Shown one piece after another: positions 28,803 to 39,068 of a DNA stretch of 64,000 bases. Source of the stretch: Phoronis australis (Eukaryota > Animalia > Phoronida); contig NMRA01000187.1 of NCBI GenBank assembly GCA_002633005.1, positions 154,191-218,190 on the forward strand, in the 5' to 3' direction. The translations under genes were made by a program, and so were the position numbers. The notes under the pieces are model-generated. The model ran no database searches. It saw only the letters and a list, made by a program, of their open reading frames with translations, and was not told the DNA's origin. Numbering within the stretch: the first letter of the stretch is position 1; every line of letters starts with the position of its first letter.

Positions 28803-31800
28803 CCTGATTGTGAAGTTTACTACGTGTATTTATCTTGGACAGACGTTTTCCTGGTCCATTCTTCGTGCCATTCAATTGCTAGTAAGTGCCCCGGCATCGT
28901 AAAAGCTTAATTTAAGATTTTCTTTGCTAATCAATGTTTATGAAGTAAAGATGACTGTCTAGTATCCCCGCACGCTGACTAGTTGAAGCTTCATGTATTA
29001 GTGTGCCTGAACTGTTGGTGCTACCCATTGTGTTTGAAGTCACTCAGACTTCACACACTTCCGCTAAAAGCAAGAACAAGAGAACCTCACCAAACTTTGA
29101 AAGCTCTCACACGCTTTATGTCAAAGCTGTACTCGCATTTCAACCGTGCTTTTCACTTATAACGGTTTTTTATTGTTTATAATATTAACACAACAATAAT
29201 AAGAGAAAACGCGAATAAGTGTCGAGAAACACGTGACATGTTGCTAGCATGAAGCTTGTCGATTAATCGCGTGCATGCTATGAAAAACGACTCCAAAAAC
29301 GTGCACATTAAATAAATGTCGTTTGTCCAACATTGTCCCCGTCACCATAATGTGTTGTCTGACATGTTTTTCACAACATTAATTGTCCTTATTCTTCCCA
29401 GTAATGCTTATTAATGATTGCTTTGTTTTGGGCGTTTGTAGGCCTATTCAAGACGAATGATAATGGTTTTCTAACTGATATTTTTAATGTATGTGCAAGT
29501 TTTTCAAAGAAATGGTGAATGCGGCGGTTTAGTTGCAAACGTACAATGAGAAATAACTGTTTAATTTCCGTAATTTAAGCAGTTAATATTTAATTTCAGA
29601 GGGTAGCATATTTAGCCCCGACTACCACTCACAGCTGTCCATGGGTTCCCAATCTCCAGCACACGAGTTTGGCTCCATTACGACGGTGCCACAGCAACAA
29701 AGACGAGGACGGAGAGCATCAATGCACGAAGCTATTGATCACACTAAGCTCGATACAGCTATGTATAAAAAACTGGTGAGTGTGTGACGTAGACCATGGA
29801 GCATATACGACCCTCAGTTTCTCGAAAGCGACGGCTTGTAAGAAAGTTTGCGTGTTGTCGTTAAACTCGTACGATAGCCTAAACTAAAGTCAGATACTGC
29901 GTTTCGTATACTCAAGACACTCGAAAGAAAGTTGCTTCGAGAATCATTGAACGAGAACCGCAGATTCATTTCAGCCACGTCGACAGATCATTTCAATGGC
30001 TGCCATATTATTGGTCCCGAGCGTACTCGCGAAAAAATAGTCTTTTACTACACTGATTTTGAGTGGGCTTGTGCGATCTTTCCTTTTCAAAAGAATCCTG
30101 CTCTGCGGAAAGCATAATGTGCTGCAAAAGTCGTTGTCGTAGTTACAGCTTGTCAGTTTGCTAGTATTAGCACACCGCCATTTGCTAGTATTACCACACC
30201 GCCATTTGCTAGTATTAGCACACCGCCATTTTTCAGGTTCAACGTGTATGTATGTACATGAATGGCCAGTCTTAAATGAATATAATTCATAAAATTACAA
30301 GAATTTGTCTCGGACAAGTCTGACACGGTTGTTCGAAGACTTTTGGTAAAAAACAGTTCGATGTTTACGTGAATGTGCTTTATTTGCTTTATTGTCTTAA
30401 AATGTGTGAGAACACTGACTCATCTCTCCTGCCCGACAAGTGACTCAACTCTCTGGCGGCTTGGGCATACTGACCAGGCCGGTCAAGCGTAGTTGGGCAT
30501 ACTGACCAGGCAAATGGTCTCGAGCGATAACTGGAAATCGTTTTCCCGAGTCATGATGTGACCTGTACGATAGTTCTACGGAATGGTCTTGTGTCAAAAC
30601 CTCTTTTTGGCAAAGTAAAGAGGAGACGGTGTCCCCATTCTAATACATGTCCGCAAAGGACAGAGTTAAAAATGTTAATTTTCTACAGAAGGTGGTTTTA
30701 TAGCAAGACAATTACGTAACCTTATAATAAAAGTAGGCCTTTACCTTGCTTGCGCATATATAAACCTTTTTGCAGCAATTACAAAGGCAATGGTCTATGA
30801 GTAAAAGCGAAGACGAATCAATGGGTTCCGTCAACTTTAAGCTGGACTACAAGGAAGACACAGGGCTATTTACGGTGCGCCTTATACAAGTGAAGGATCT
30901 TCCAGGTATGGCCGCTAGGGGGCGAAATGTCATTACTGTAGTCTCCTGCCTCCAGGTTCGAATCACAGGCGTCCTCAGCTTCTGATCGTCCCCAATACAC
31001 TGCATATAATACTACAAGGTATGACACTCCCGAGTANTAAATTTATTGAGTTTTATGTTTGCTATGGACGGCTGAAGTGAAGCACCCGTGGAATTTCTAG
31101 TTGGGAGTGTCATACCTTGTAGTATTATATGTGTATTGGGGACGATCAGAAGCTGAGGACGCCTGTGGTTCGAATATAGTAACGTTGTATACAGTGACCA
31201 CCGCTTCTACTGGTCTTAGAAAATGTGAAGATCCTATAGGTTTTTCATACGCGGGAAACTTTTAGATGCATTATACCTCAAACTGATTAAAAGCCTAAGT
31301 CATGTTGTTATAAGACCATTTTGCACATAAAGGGACACCTTAGGTGGCCGTAGATGTCTTTATTTTTTCAACCCGAAAAAGTACTGGCCTGTAGTCAAAC
31401 CGTTTTTTATCTCGTGATTCGTCAATTTCACGCTTACAGTGCCCGACAGAAACGAGACGATGGACCCTTACTGCCGTGTTCGTGTCTACTCAGACGCTAA
31501 AGGTCAGCACCAACACACACAACAAACCAAAGTTGTCAAGAACGAAGTCAATCCTGAATTTGACGAGGAGTTCCTTTTTGAGGTTTTACCTGAACTGTTA
31601 CCTCACACCACGCTGGAAGTATGCGTGTACAATTACGATGCATTTTCCCAAGACGAAGTTGTCGGTATCATGAGGCTCAATGTCATAAACGTGGACTACA
31701 ATGCAAATGTTACTCTATGGAAAAATCTAGTATCGCCGGATGTGCCGCATGTGAGTCTCCTTTGAATACCACTCCATCTCACGTCACTGCAGCCTTGTCG

Positions 31801-34800
31801 CAAAGCCTCGAGATGGCGCTGATCATTTTAGCCATTTGAGGTGGCACTCAACAGTTTTTGCTGACTTGGGGGTTGTAAACCAGGTCGAACGAGATCCAAC
31901 AGTCTGCTCAACAGGATGTACAAAACCTGAAAATTTGAAGAGTATAATGGGCCAAATATTTCAAAAACTTGCCACAATGTCTTTTGAAACCGATTCCAAA
32001 GTCACTATTTTTCACCTTTTTCGTACCAGAAGAGCAGCCGGCTACTTCAAAAAACAGCAGTTTTCACACCAAAGGCATCATTTGCATGCTATTATAAGAA
32101 CTGAGAGACAATGCATTCAGATTTCCAAATTTCTCCAGATTCCAGATATCAGGTGAACAGTGAGGGGGAACCAACCAGATTTTCACAAATCCAAAGAGTC
32201 TGAAAGGTACCTGAATTTCCTGCTAAATTTCAACTTCTTGCTTGCAAGCACTAAAGCTTTAAGAAAAGCCACTGCTGGGCAAAAAGTGGGGTCCAGGAGT
32301 CAACAGCTGACAATGTTTCACTCTGAACAAATTCAAAGATCAATATTCGTAGCCTTCACGTGCAGCACAGAACTTGAAATGCCCAGCCAACTCAGCAAGT
32401 ACCAATTTTCAATAAAATTGAGANATTCAGATTTCCAAATTTCTCCAGATTCCAGATATCAGGTGAACAGTGAGGGGGAACCAACCAGATTTTCACAAAT
32501 CCAAAGAGTCTGAAAGGTACCTGAATTTCCTGATAAATTTCAACTTCTTGCTTGCAAGCACTAAAGCTTTAAGAAAAGCCACTGCTGGGCAAAAAGTGGG
32601 GTCCAGGAGTCAACAGCTGACAATGTTTCACTCAGAACAAATTCAAAGATCAATATTCGTAGCCTTCACGTGCAGCACAGAACTTGAAATGCCCAGCCAA
32701 CTCAGCAAGTACCAATTTTCAATAAAATTGAGACTGGCAAACTGAACTTGCCTCAAAAAACTGTTGAGTGGCACCTGACCTAAACCGATCAGCCTCGTCT
32801 TAAGGTTTGCTGACCCAGTTGCTTACACTTTCTAATAGACTAACTGACTTAGAACTTTAGACTTGCTCTTAGATTATTTGTAAGTCAGATAATATAATCT
32901 CAAAGTCAGAGAATATATTTTCAATGTCAGACTGTCATACATTGGCCTTGTGAGGTACATGTATGAATCAAAACTACTTTTAGTTTTGGGAGTAGCACCT
33001 ACCCTTCAGAGGAGTGCCAAAATTTTGGATTGGGCATAACTTACATAATGTCTACATAATGAAATATGAAGGAAGACTTCGGTATGGCTTACATGAACGT
33101 ACAGCCCAATGCGCAGATTTTGCACAAGTCTCTGGTATTGATAAAATATTTATCCCCTTTCATATTCTGTATATTGTATTTTACATGTCAACCATAACAT
33201 TTTTGTAAAAAAACATAGCAAACCATAGAATCAAAATGTGATGTCGCAATGCATTGCATGTACTTACTTACCTATCAAAGGCTCTTGCATCTAGTAACTG
33301 TGAGTGTTATTATATTCCTTGATAACTCCTTTGGTCCAGAGTAGCAAGACCGTGACAAGAGACTTTCGACAAAAGAGATTTCCAGTAAAAGCTGAGGCGA
33401 AGGTTTGAAAACTTTACTATGAACATGGGCAAAATGCATATTAATTACCGAAAGTATGTAGCGTTTTGGCGCCACGCTCTTGCACTACAGAAACAGTAAA
33501 AATGCGTAGCCAGGAAATACGTAATTTCCGTTTTGGTTGACCTGTGTGTTGTATTGCCGTATTTGTATTTCCCACGTGCCTGTGTCTGATGCAGAACGTC
33601 AAGGCTTGGCGTCCTTGAGTTGCAACTTCGGGAATAGAGCACTCCCGAACATGTCGCGATTGCTTTTCTTCAAACATTTATAGCGCATAAATTCGTAAGT
33701 TTCATTGAACACTGCGTTACGTTTGCGTAAATTTCATTCATTTACTTGCAATTGTTGGTTTTAATAGAGAAGCTTAAGACTGATTTCTCACCTCACCTAT
33801 TAGAGCAAGTATAGTTGTCTCAATTTGCTCCTGTCTGTATACATGAATTCAATACAACGATTTTACTGTTAGCCTGTAAAATAAAATGCCCGTAAATGAA
33901 CATTTCCTAGGTAAATGTTAAACATGAGTCTCTTCTCCAACAGGAGGAGCTCGAGCTGGGCAGACTGATGTTTTCTATGGCTCATCTCTCTAGTGCAGAA
34001 AGACTTACAATTGTCATTCTTAAAGCAAGAAATTTAAAAGATGTAGAGTCATCCAGTGACGGTAAGTTGGCCTTACCGATCATAGAACAGTTGAAGTGGT
34101 CACATGATTGTGAACTCGTCTATTCGACCTGACATGTGAGGGTAAACTCAGAGAATATTAAATGAATCGCATTTTCACTAATTCACGGCAGTGATATGGT
34201 GTTAGTAAATGTTATATTGTGAATGTACGATTGTTGTTTACTGCGGCCAACCACATGCTATAGATACGCGTAGAATGACTCATAAGGCCACGCACACTAG
34301 AATTATGTTCATCCGTTAAGGCATCCGCAAACGGCTAGCATAATGCTGCATTTTTTATCGCCGAAATTGTCAAAAATAAAAATCACTTCGTGTGCGCTGT
34401 TCGGAACAAAACTTTTTTGTTAATGACACGACAATGTGTCGCCGGTTGTGATACCAAAAATCAGTATCGTGTGTGCTGGCTTAAGATAGCAGCCTTGTTA
34501 CACGTGTTGCCAAGATGGCTGCTGGAAGTAATGTCTAGGAACTAAGCATGAATTTTAGACTCTGAAGGTTAGTCACAAGTTGTTAATGTGTTTCATCTGA
34601 GCACAATGGCCAATATTTTGGACTGCTCCTCATCTCAAATCTTGTCTACAGTTCCGTTACACTGGGTGAAAGTCACAAAACAGCATATCAATTCCAAAAT
34701 GGTGCTTTTTGTTTACTTCCGAAAGAATGAATAACTTACAGTGACCGTGTATGACCTCTGAGTTCGCATTGTGCGGCTGGCTTAAAAGCTAAGACCTGTG

Positions 34801-35778
34801 AGAAGTAATGCATTTCGAAGCCCTTCATCACATCGTTGGCTTGTGCCATTCTTGCATAGCATTGTTTCATATGTTCAATTCAGTTTTAACAACATAAGCT
34901 TTCTGCTCCAACAACACTACAATAACTCATGAGAATGCTTACCTGAAGTTAGAATTTACCGATAGCGTGTTGCCTCGAAACAGAAATCAAAGAGTTGTAT
35001 ACGCTTTAGAACATCAAGTGCGAAGTTTTCAAGTCACCAGGTGACCATGTACCCCATGAGTGACAACGGTCAGGTGGGGAAGGGGTCGCTCTCTGAACCC
35101 GCTGCCCCATATGTGATTCCGACCGTTATCAATCAATGCCTGGATATTTCCTGGAAGAGTCTCGACTATTCAAGAAACACCCCGCCATTGGAAGTTAGCG
35201 GGTATCCGTAACTAAACACGTTCATAATTTCCTCTCCGTTCAAAATTTGGGAAAATGACATTTTGTTTGATAGGGCTTCATATCTGTTGGCCAGTTGGGA
35301 CATCTGGATAGCAGTCGTGGGGGCATGGAACCTTTTGAGCAAAAATGGCCTGATGACTGATCGAGTAACCTACATTCAAATTTGATGTTTTGGTTTTTGA
35401 AAAAACAAAAACAATGCAATCTCTTTTCTGCGATGGAAATCAATAATTTTGTCATGAAACAAGTTCAATTGTTTTTCAGATGTCCACGTCAAAGTAGCAG
35501 TTTTCCAACACTCTCGTAAAACAAAGAAAAAGAAAACCTCTTCTAAACACGGACCGTCACCCGTTTGGAATGAAGCGTTAGTGTTTAGTGTATCAAAGGA
35601 ATCGCTGAAGGAAGCGACTGTAGAAATCTCAGTTATCCACGAAAATAGGCTTGAGACAAACGAAGTCGTTGGACGAGTACTCCTTGGTGTGAACTGTCGG
35701 CCTTCAGATGGCGACTACTGGAATGACGTCATCCACGGGAAGAGCACTCTAGCTAGGTGGCACAATTTGACCTTATAG
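10796..35778 (+). CDS. Syt: Synaptotagmin-like protein (TM + tandem C2A/C2B), 6 coding exons, 487 aa
   Basis: Join 10796-11225, 29600-29775, 30776-30905, 31440-31750, 33944-34061, 35480-35778 = 1464 nt, open frame. All introns are GT-AG with matching phases (1,0,1,0,1). N-terminal TM YVVAICIILPVVILILLCLLLFIFC; C2A MGSVNFKLDY...DPYCRV...NPEFDEEFLF...YNYDAFSQDEVVG; C2B LGRLMFSMAHLSSAERLTIVILKARNL...KKKKT...PVWNEALVF...LARWHNL*. Subfamily not determined. Confidence 0.93.
12655..12853. repeat. 22-bp minisatellite, about 9 copies
   Basis: ATGGGCCCGATATTCGGTGATC. Confidence 0.96.
14309..14457 (-). mobile_element. MITE with 5-bp TSD (TTAAC), same family as 4986-5150
   Basis: CAGGGGCGGATCC...AAATCCGCCACTA; interior is the reverse complement of the 4986 copy. 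Confidence 0.85.
16342..16457. repeat. 57-bp direct tandem duplication
   Basis: ACCAGAGTAAGGCTTTTGTCCACGCCTGTATACACAGTGG(G/A)CTTGATACTGACAGTT x2. Confidence 0.93.
17757..18160. repeat. Two degenerate minisatellites (about 35 bp at 17757-17870; about 27 bp at 18025-18160)
   Basis: GTGAAGACCAGTCGTAAATTACCAGTCATTT... and CCAGTTGATATCATGCACTGACGTCGT. Confidence 0.8.
19865..20693. mobile_element. MITE-like element with 5-bp TSD (CGTTT), spanning a gap
   Basis: CATAGGCGGATTTAGGGGG...CCTAGATCCGCCACTG. Confidence 0.72.
20390..20568. other. Assembly gap (N run)
   Basis: Run of N. Confidence 0.99.
24742..25132. repeat. 23-bp minisatellite, about 17 copies
   Basis: TCTCATGTTCATCGCAATGT(G/T)CC. Confidence 0.97.
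28696..28799. repeat. (TA)n microsatellite
   Basis: Direct reading. Confidence 0.98.
29600..29775 (+). CDS. Synaptotagmin-like coding exon 2 (linker)
   Basis: tttcag acceptor, CTG/gtgagt donor; GSIFSPDYHSQLSMG...RRGRRASMHEAIDHTKLDTAMYKKL; phases fit exons 1 and 3; missed by the ORF track. Confidence 0.85.
30776..30905 (+). CDS. Synaptotagmin-like coding exon 3 (start of C2A)
   Basis: tttgcag acceptor, CAG/gtatgg donor; QLQRQWSMSKSEDESMGSVNFKLDYKEDTGLFTVRLIQVKDLP. Confidence 0.92.
30957..31174. mobile_element. Fold-back MITE (about 85-bp arms) in synaptotagmin intron 3
   Basis: TTCGAATCACAGGCGTCCTCAGCTTCTGATCGTCCCCAATACAC...ACTACAAGGTATGACACTCCC and its near-perfect reverse complement. Confidence 0.85.
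31440..31750 (+). CDS. Synaptotagmin-like coding exon 4 (C2A)
   Basis: ttacag acceptor, CAT/gtgagt donor; DPYCRV...TKVVKNEVNPEFDEEFLF...LEVCVYNYDAFSQDEVVG. Confidence 0.94.
31800..32810. mobile_element. Diverged TIR element containing a 310-bp duplication
   Basis: About 60-bp imperfect inverted ends (core AGGTG(G/C)CACTCAACAGTTTTT); 32115-32423 repeated at 32425-32733. Confidence 0.6.
33944..34061 (+). CDS. Synaptotagmin-like coding exon 5 (start of C2B)
   Basis: caacag acceptor, G/gtaagt donor; EELELGRLMFSMAHLSSAERLTIVILKARNLKDVESSSD. Confidence 0.93.
35480..35778 (+). CDS. Synaptotagmin-like coding exon 6 (C2B and stop)
   Basis: ttttcag acceptor; VHVKVAVFQHSRKTKKKKTSSKHGPSPVWNEALVF...WHNLTL*, ending in the synaptotagmin WHxL motif. 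Confidence 0.94.
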
Positions 35779-36533
35779 TGGCAAGGGCAAGGGCAATTTG
35801 CACGTGGCAGAAAAAATTTATGGACAGGTACGCTCCTTTAAGCTCTATCGTAGAATTGTTTCCACCCCTTGTAAATGCCGGACCTGTCCTGCTCCGAGTA
35901 ATGTGATAGATTACATAACTCTCCTGTTGTACTGAAAATCTCTTAATACTTGGGGAAATTTGTTAACCGTTTTGTCTCGTTGTACTTTATCCGCATATCT
36001 CTGACATGTTTATGTATACATGGACTCATTTATTCAATTGTTATTAAATAATGTTTTGTACAGCCCCGCCATTCCCTTTTCAGTTAGGAGTGACGTAACA
36101 CTTCTGAAGACGTCTGTATAGTTGGCACTATGTCAATTAATGAATGATAAAGATATAATTATTGGCATGGCAACGTGCTCGGAGTCTCTCCACTCACTCT
36201 CTATCGCTTTCATTCGGTAAAAATTAGAACAGGACTGCAGTTCGTAGATGCCAGAGCCCTGTGAAAACGCAAGATCACACACAATTTTAAAGACATCGCC
36301 ATTCATTACAAACGAAACACGTGATCCGTCCTGTTGTTACTCGGATCAGGTTGTGAATAAGGTGTACCAATCACCTATAATGACCTTGGAATACGACTTC
36401 ATCTTAACAATATCATAGACTCTCTAGCAAAGCAGTGCATCCGGGTCTCCATGGGTGTGTAAGGTGGGCAGGGTGAGGACTCGCTATAAAATAACAAAAA
36501 AGAAACATCTGCGTATTCATGGCATTTACAGGA

Positions 36534-36976
36534 TCCTGTGCTCGGTTGCATGAAACAGTCCCAAATAGGGACTCAACCAAGTTCCCTAAATCTACTGTGT
36601 ATTTGTGGGCTTGTGAAAACACTGGTTGTCCTTTAGTATGCTGTTTGAGTCTCAGTACTACGTGTAAGTCAATTTTTGGCTTTGATAGAAATCGAGAGTG
36701 AACTCTACGTTGAATTCTCAGTATTATTGAAAATAAGTAGGGATCTTTTCATGCAGCGCCCCTAATTTAAGAACTAAGTCCATAACAGTTATAACTAAAT
36801 TAAGGGTTCAGTTTTTAATTATTAGAAGATGTCATAAGACAAGAGGAACTCATGATGAATATAACATGATGGAAAAATATTGCATCTGTGAGTAAATAAC
36901 GAAATAATTGCACAAAAGATTTAGGGAACTTAGCTGAGTCCCTATTTGGGACTGTTTCATGTAAACGGGCACAGGA
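36534..36976. mobile_element. MITE with about 60-bp TIRs between the two convergent genes
   Basis: TCCTGTGC...CATGAAACAGTCCCAAATAGGGACTCA...AAGTTCCCTAAATCT (36534-36593) inverted at 36917-36976. Confidence 0.82.
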
Positions 36977-37969
36977 CCGTGCAATTCATAGCACACTTAG
37001 AAACCGTGATTTTTTGGAACAATGTTTTCGTTTCGGTAGTCTCAATTGTGAATAGACTGGTTATTTTCAGTGATAAATCTGCAGAATTTCAAGCTGGCGC
37101 TGAGTAGCAGTGTGAATTGTGACTTGCCCGGATGTTTGGTTACATAACTACATGTACGGATGCTCATGAGGGCGAAATCTGAAAGATCAGAGTGAGGTTG
37201 ACTCTCTGTAACTGCCATACAAACCGTAGTCTGCTGTGTTTACTTATGTGTGTGAATAAGGAGACTACTGTTACTGGAACTACTTCAATCTATTACTATG
37301 ATATCAATACGCCATATACATCATAATCCACTATGAACACAGTCTAAACACTCATGCATTCATTGCGTCGTAAACCAAAACAATCTCAGTGGAAGTCGCG
37401 CACGGCAAAATAAATGAATGCAACAATTAAAATAAGTTACTATGAATGTCCTCTGCTATTTTTTATTTGGCTTGGGTAGATAAACAATGCATATCTTGTC
37501 CTCAGTATCCTGCCAAACCAAGATTGACCTTGAATTGTGGGATCACCCTGAACGCTTTAGGACCAGTGAGTACTTGGCACACTGTTTTACTCTGAAAACA
37601 AATCTGACAATAACTGCCAACGTTAACAACCGTCTATCATTTAGACAAGATTTCATGAATTATATTGCCGTTGAAAGCCATGTTGCGTTAGGCCGGATTG
37701 TTTAAGGAAGTCACAAATAAACATACTTGAATAAAAACCTAACAACACCACTGTCGACATATATGAGGTCAGTGGTCCATGTGGCTTTTTCAACGGCGTG
37801 TGTTTTGATGTGTTCGTTGTTTGCTTCGAAAATTTGATTTCAAGTCCATCGTAAAGATTTGACATGTACACAGTGTAAAATCCCTGATACAACAAAAATG
37901 ATCTTTTAAAAATTAACTTGTTGAACTAGACCACGTAGCATAAAATAGTGATTAAAAGACACTCAAGAG

Positions 37970-38078
37970 CATCACGCGCTCGACCTGTTGTGTTTCAATG
38001 GAACATCACGCGCTCGACCTGCAGTGTTTTAAAGGAACATCACGCGCTCGACCTGTAGTGCTTTAATGGAACATCACG
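37970..38078. repeat. 34-bp tandem repeat, about 3 copies
   Basis: CATCACGCGCTCGACCTG...TTTAATGGAA. Confidence 0.88.
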
Positions 38079-38968
38079 AGAAACGCATTACATAAGACGA
38101 CAAGGTTAGGCAAACGTAAGTAACGTAATTGTTTCTGGTCTGCGATTTGAAAATTGTTATAATTGCTTATCCATATATGTATTTGCAATAGAAAGTCACG
38201 TGATGCCATCTGAAATGGGTGGGAATCCTTTTTTCAAAATACAGACACAGGTCTTAAAATGAGTCTGACGCATCGCTATTTTGCATTATGCGAGTCCTCG
38301 GGTGGTGTGTGCAAACAATAAAACTAGACAAGTACTCTCTACTCAGTAAAAGGATAAGGTTTCCTGAAAGCAAACGGCTGTCATTTTGTTAAACATTGAC
38401 CCCTTCCCTATTTAAAATTTACAACATTGGTATAATCAATTGTGATCTTTTTCCGTTCCGTAATCAATGTTTTGTCACCATAACTACATGTACCTCGTGG
38501 GTGTCTTCCATTCACGGAACACGTCCATGCTTTCAACTCTATTGAGGTGTATAAAACGGTGTGCCTTTCACCTATAATACAGTTGGTCAAACACAGTGAC
38601 CTTTATGTAGTTTGGACAATTGGTGTTGCTTGAGCTGCTTGGTTGTGGGTAAATTATATTACTAGATGTCAAAATAGCGTTTTATACATTTTTTCGCTTT
38701 ATTTTAGTTAAAAGCGGTTAAGTCGAGTGCAAATCGACTTAAACGCTCTTAAGAACTTCCTAAACTTGATTACAAGATACATGTAATATGAGAAATCTAA
38801 CCTATCAAAATTAATATGTATTACTTATTGTCCGCTTATATACTGTACAAGTACAGAGAATCATTGATGACTAAAGAGCCATGCTCCCGAGAACATTACT
38901 CAGTTTCGCTCCAGTAAAACAATCTGTTCATTCTGTAGTCAAGATGTTATTTCACCCATTTGTCCTGC

Positions 38969-39068
38969 TCAATAAAAGAAGCCAATGAGAAAGGCCATGA
39001 TCATCAGTCCAACGGCGGCGTTGATGTTTAAGAAAGAGCGCCATTTCCGGTTGACCTTCAAGTAAGAC
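38969..39068 (-). CDS. SLC5 last coding exon (final TM and stop)
   Basis: [33 protein letters not shown], a typical SGLT C-terminus. Confidence 0.92.

Noticed and set aside
30910-30975. tRNA or SINE-like B box GGTTCGAATC
   Set aside because: No cloverleaf can be formed; the motif is the boundary of the fold-back MITE.
32115-32733. 310-bp tandem duplication giving two near-identical ORFs (32160-32513, 32470-32745)
   Set aside because: The copies differ at only two positions I could see and are joined exactly at a single N (32424). This is most likely an unmerged overlap of two haplotype contigs; the ORFs have no recognisable motifs.
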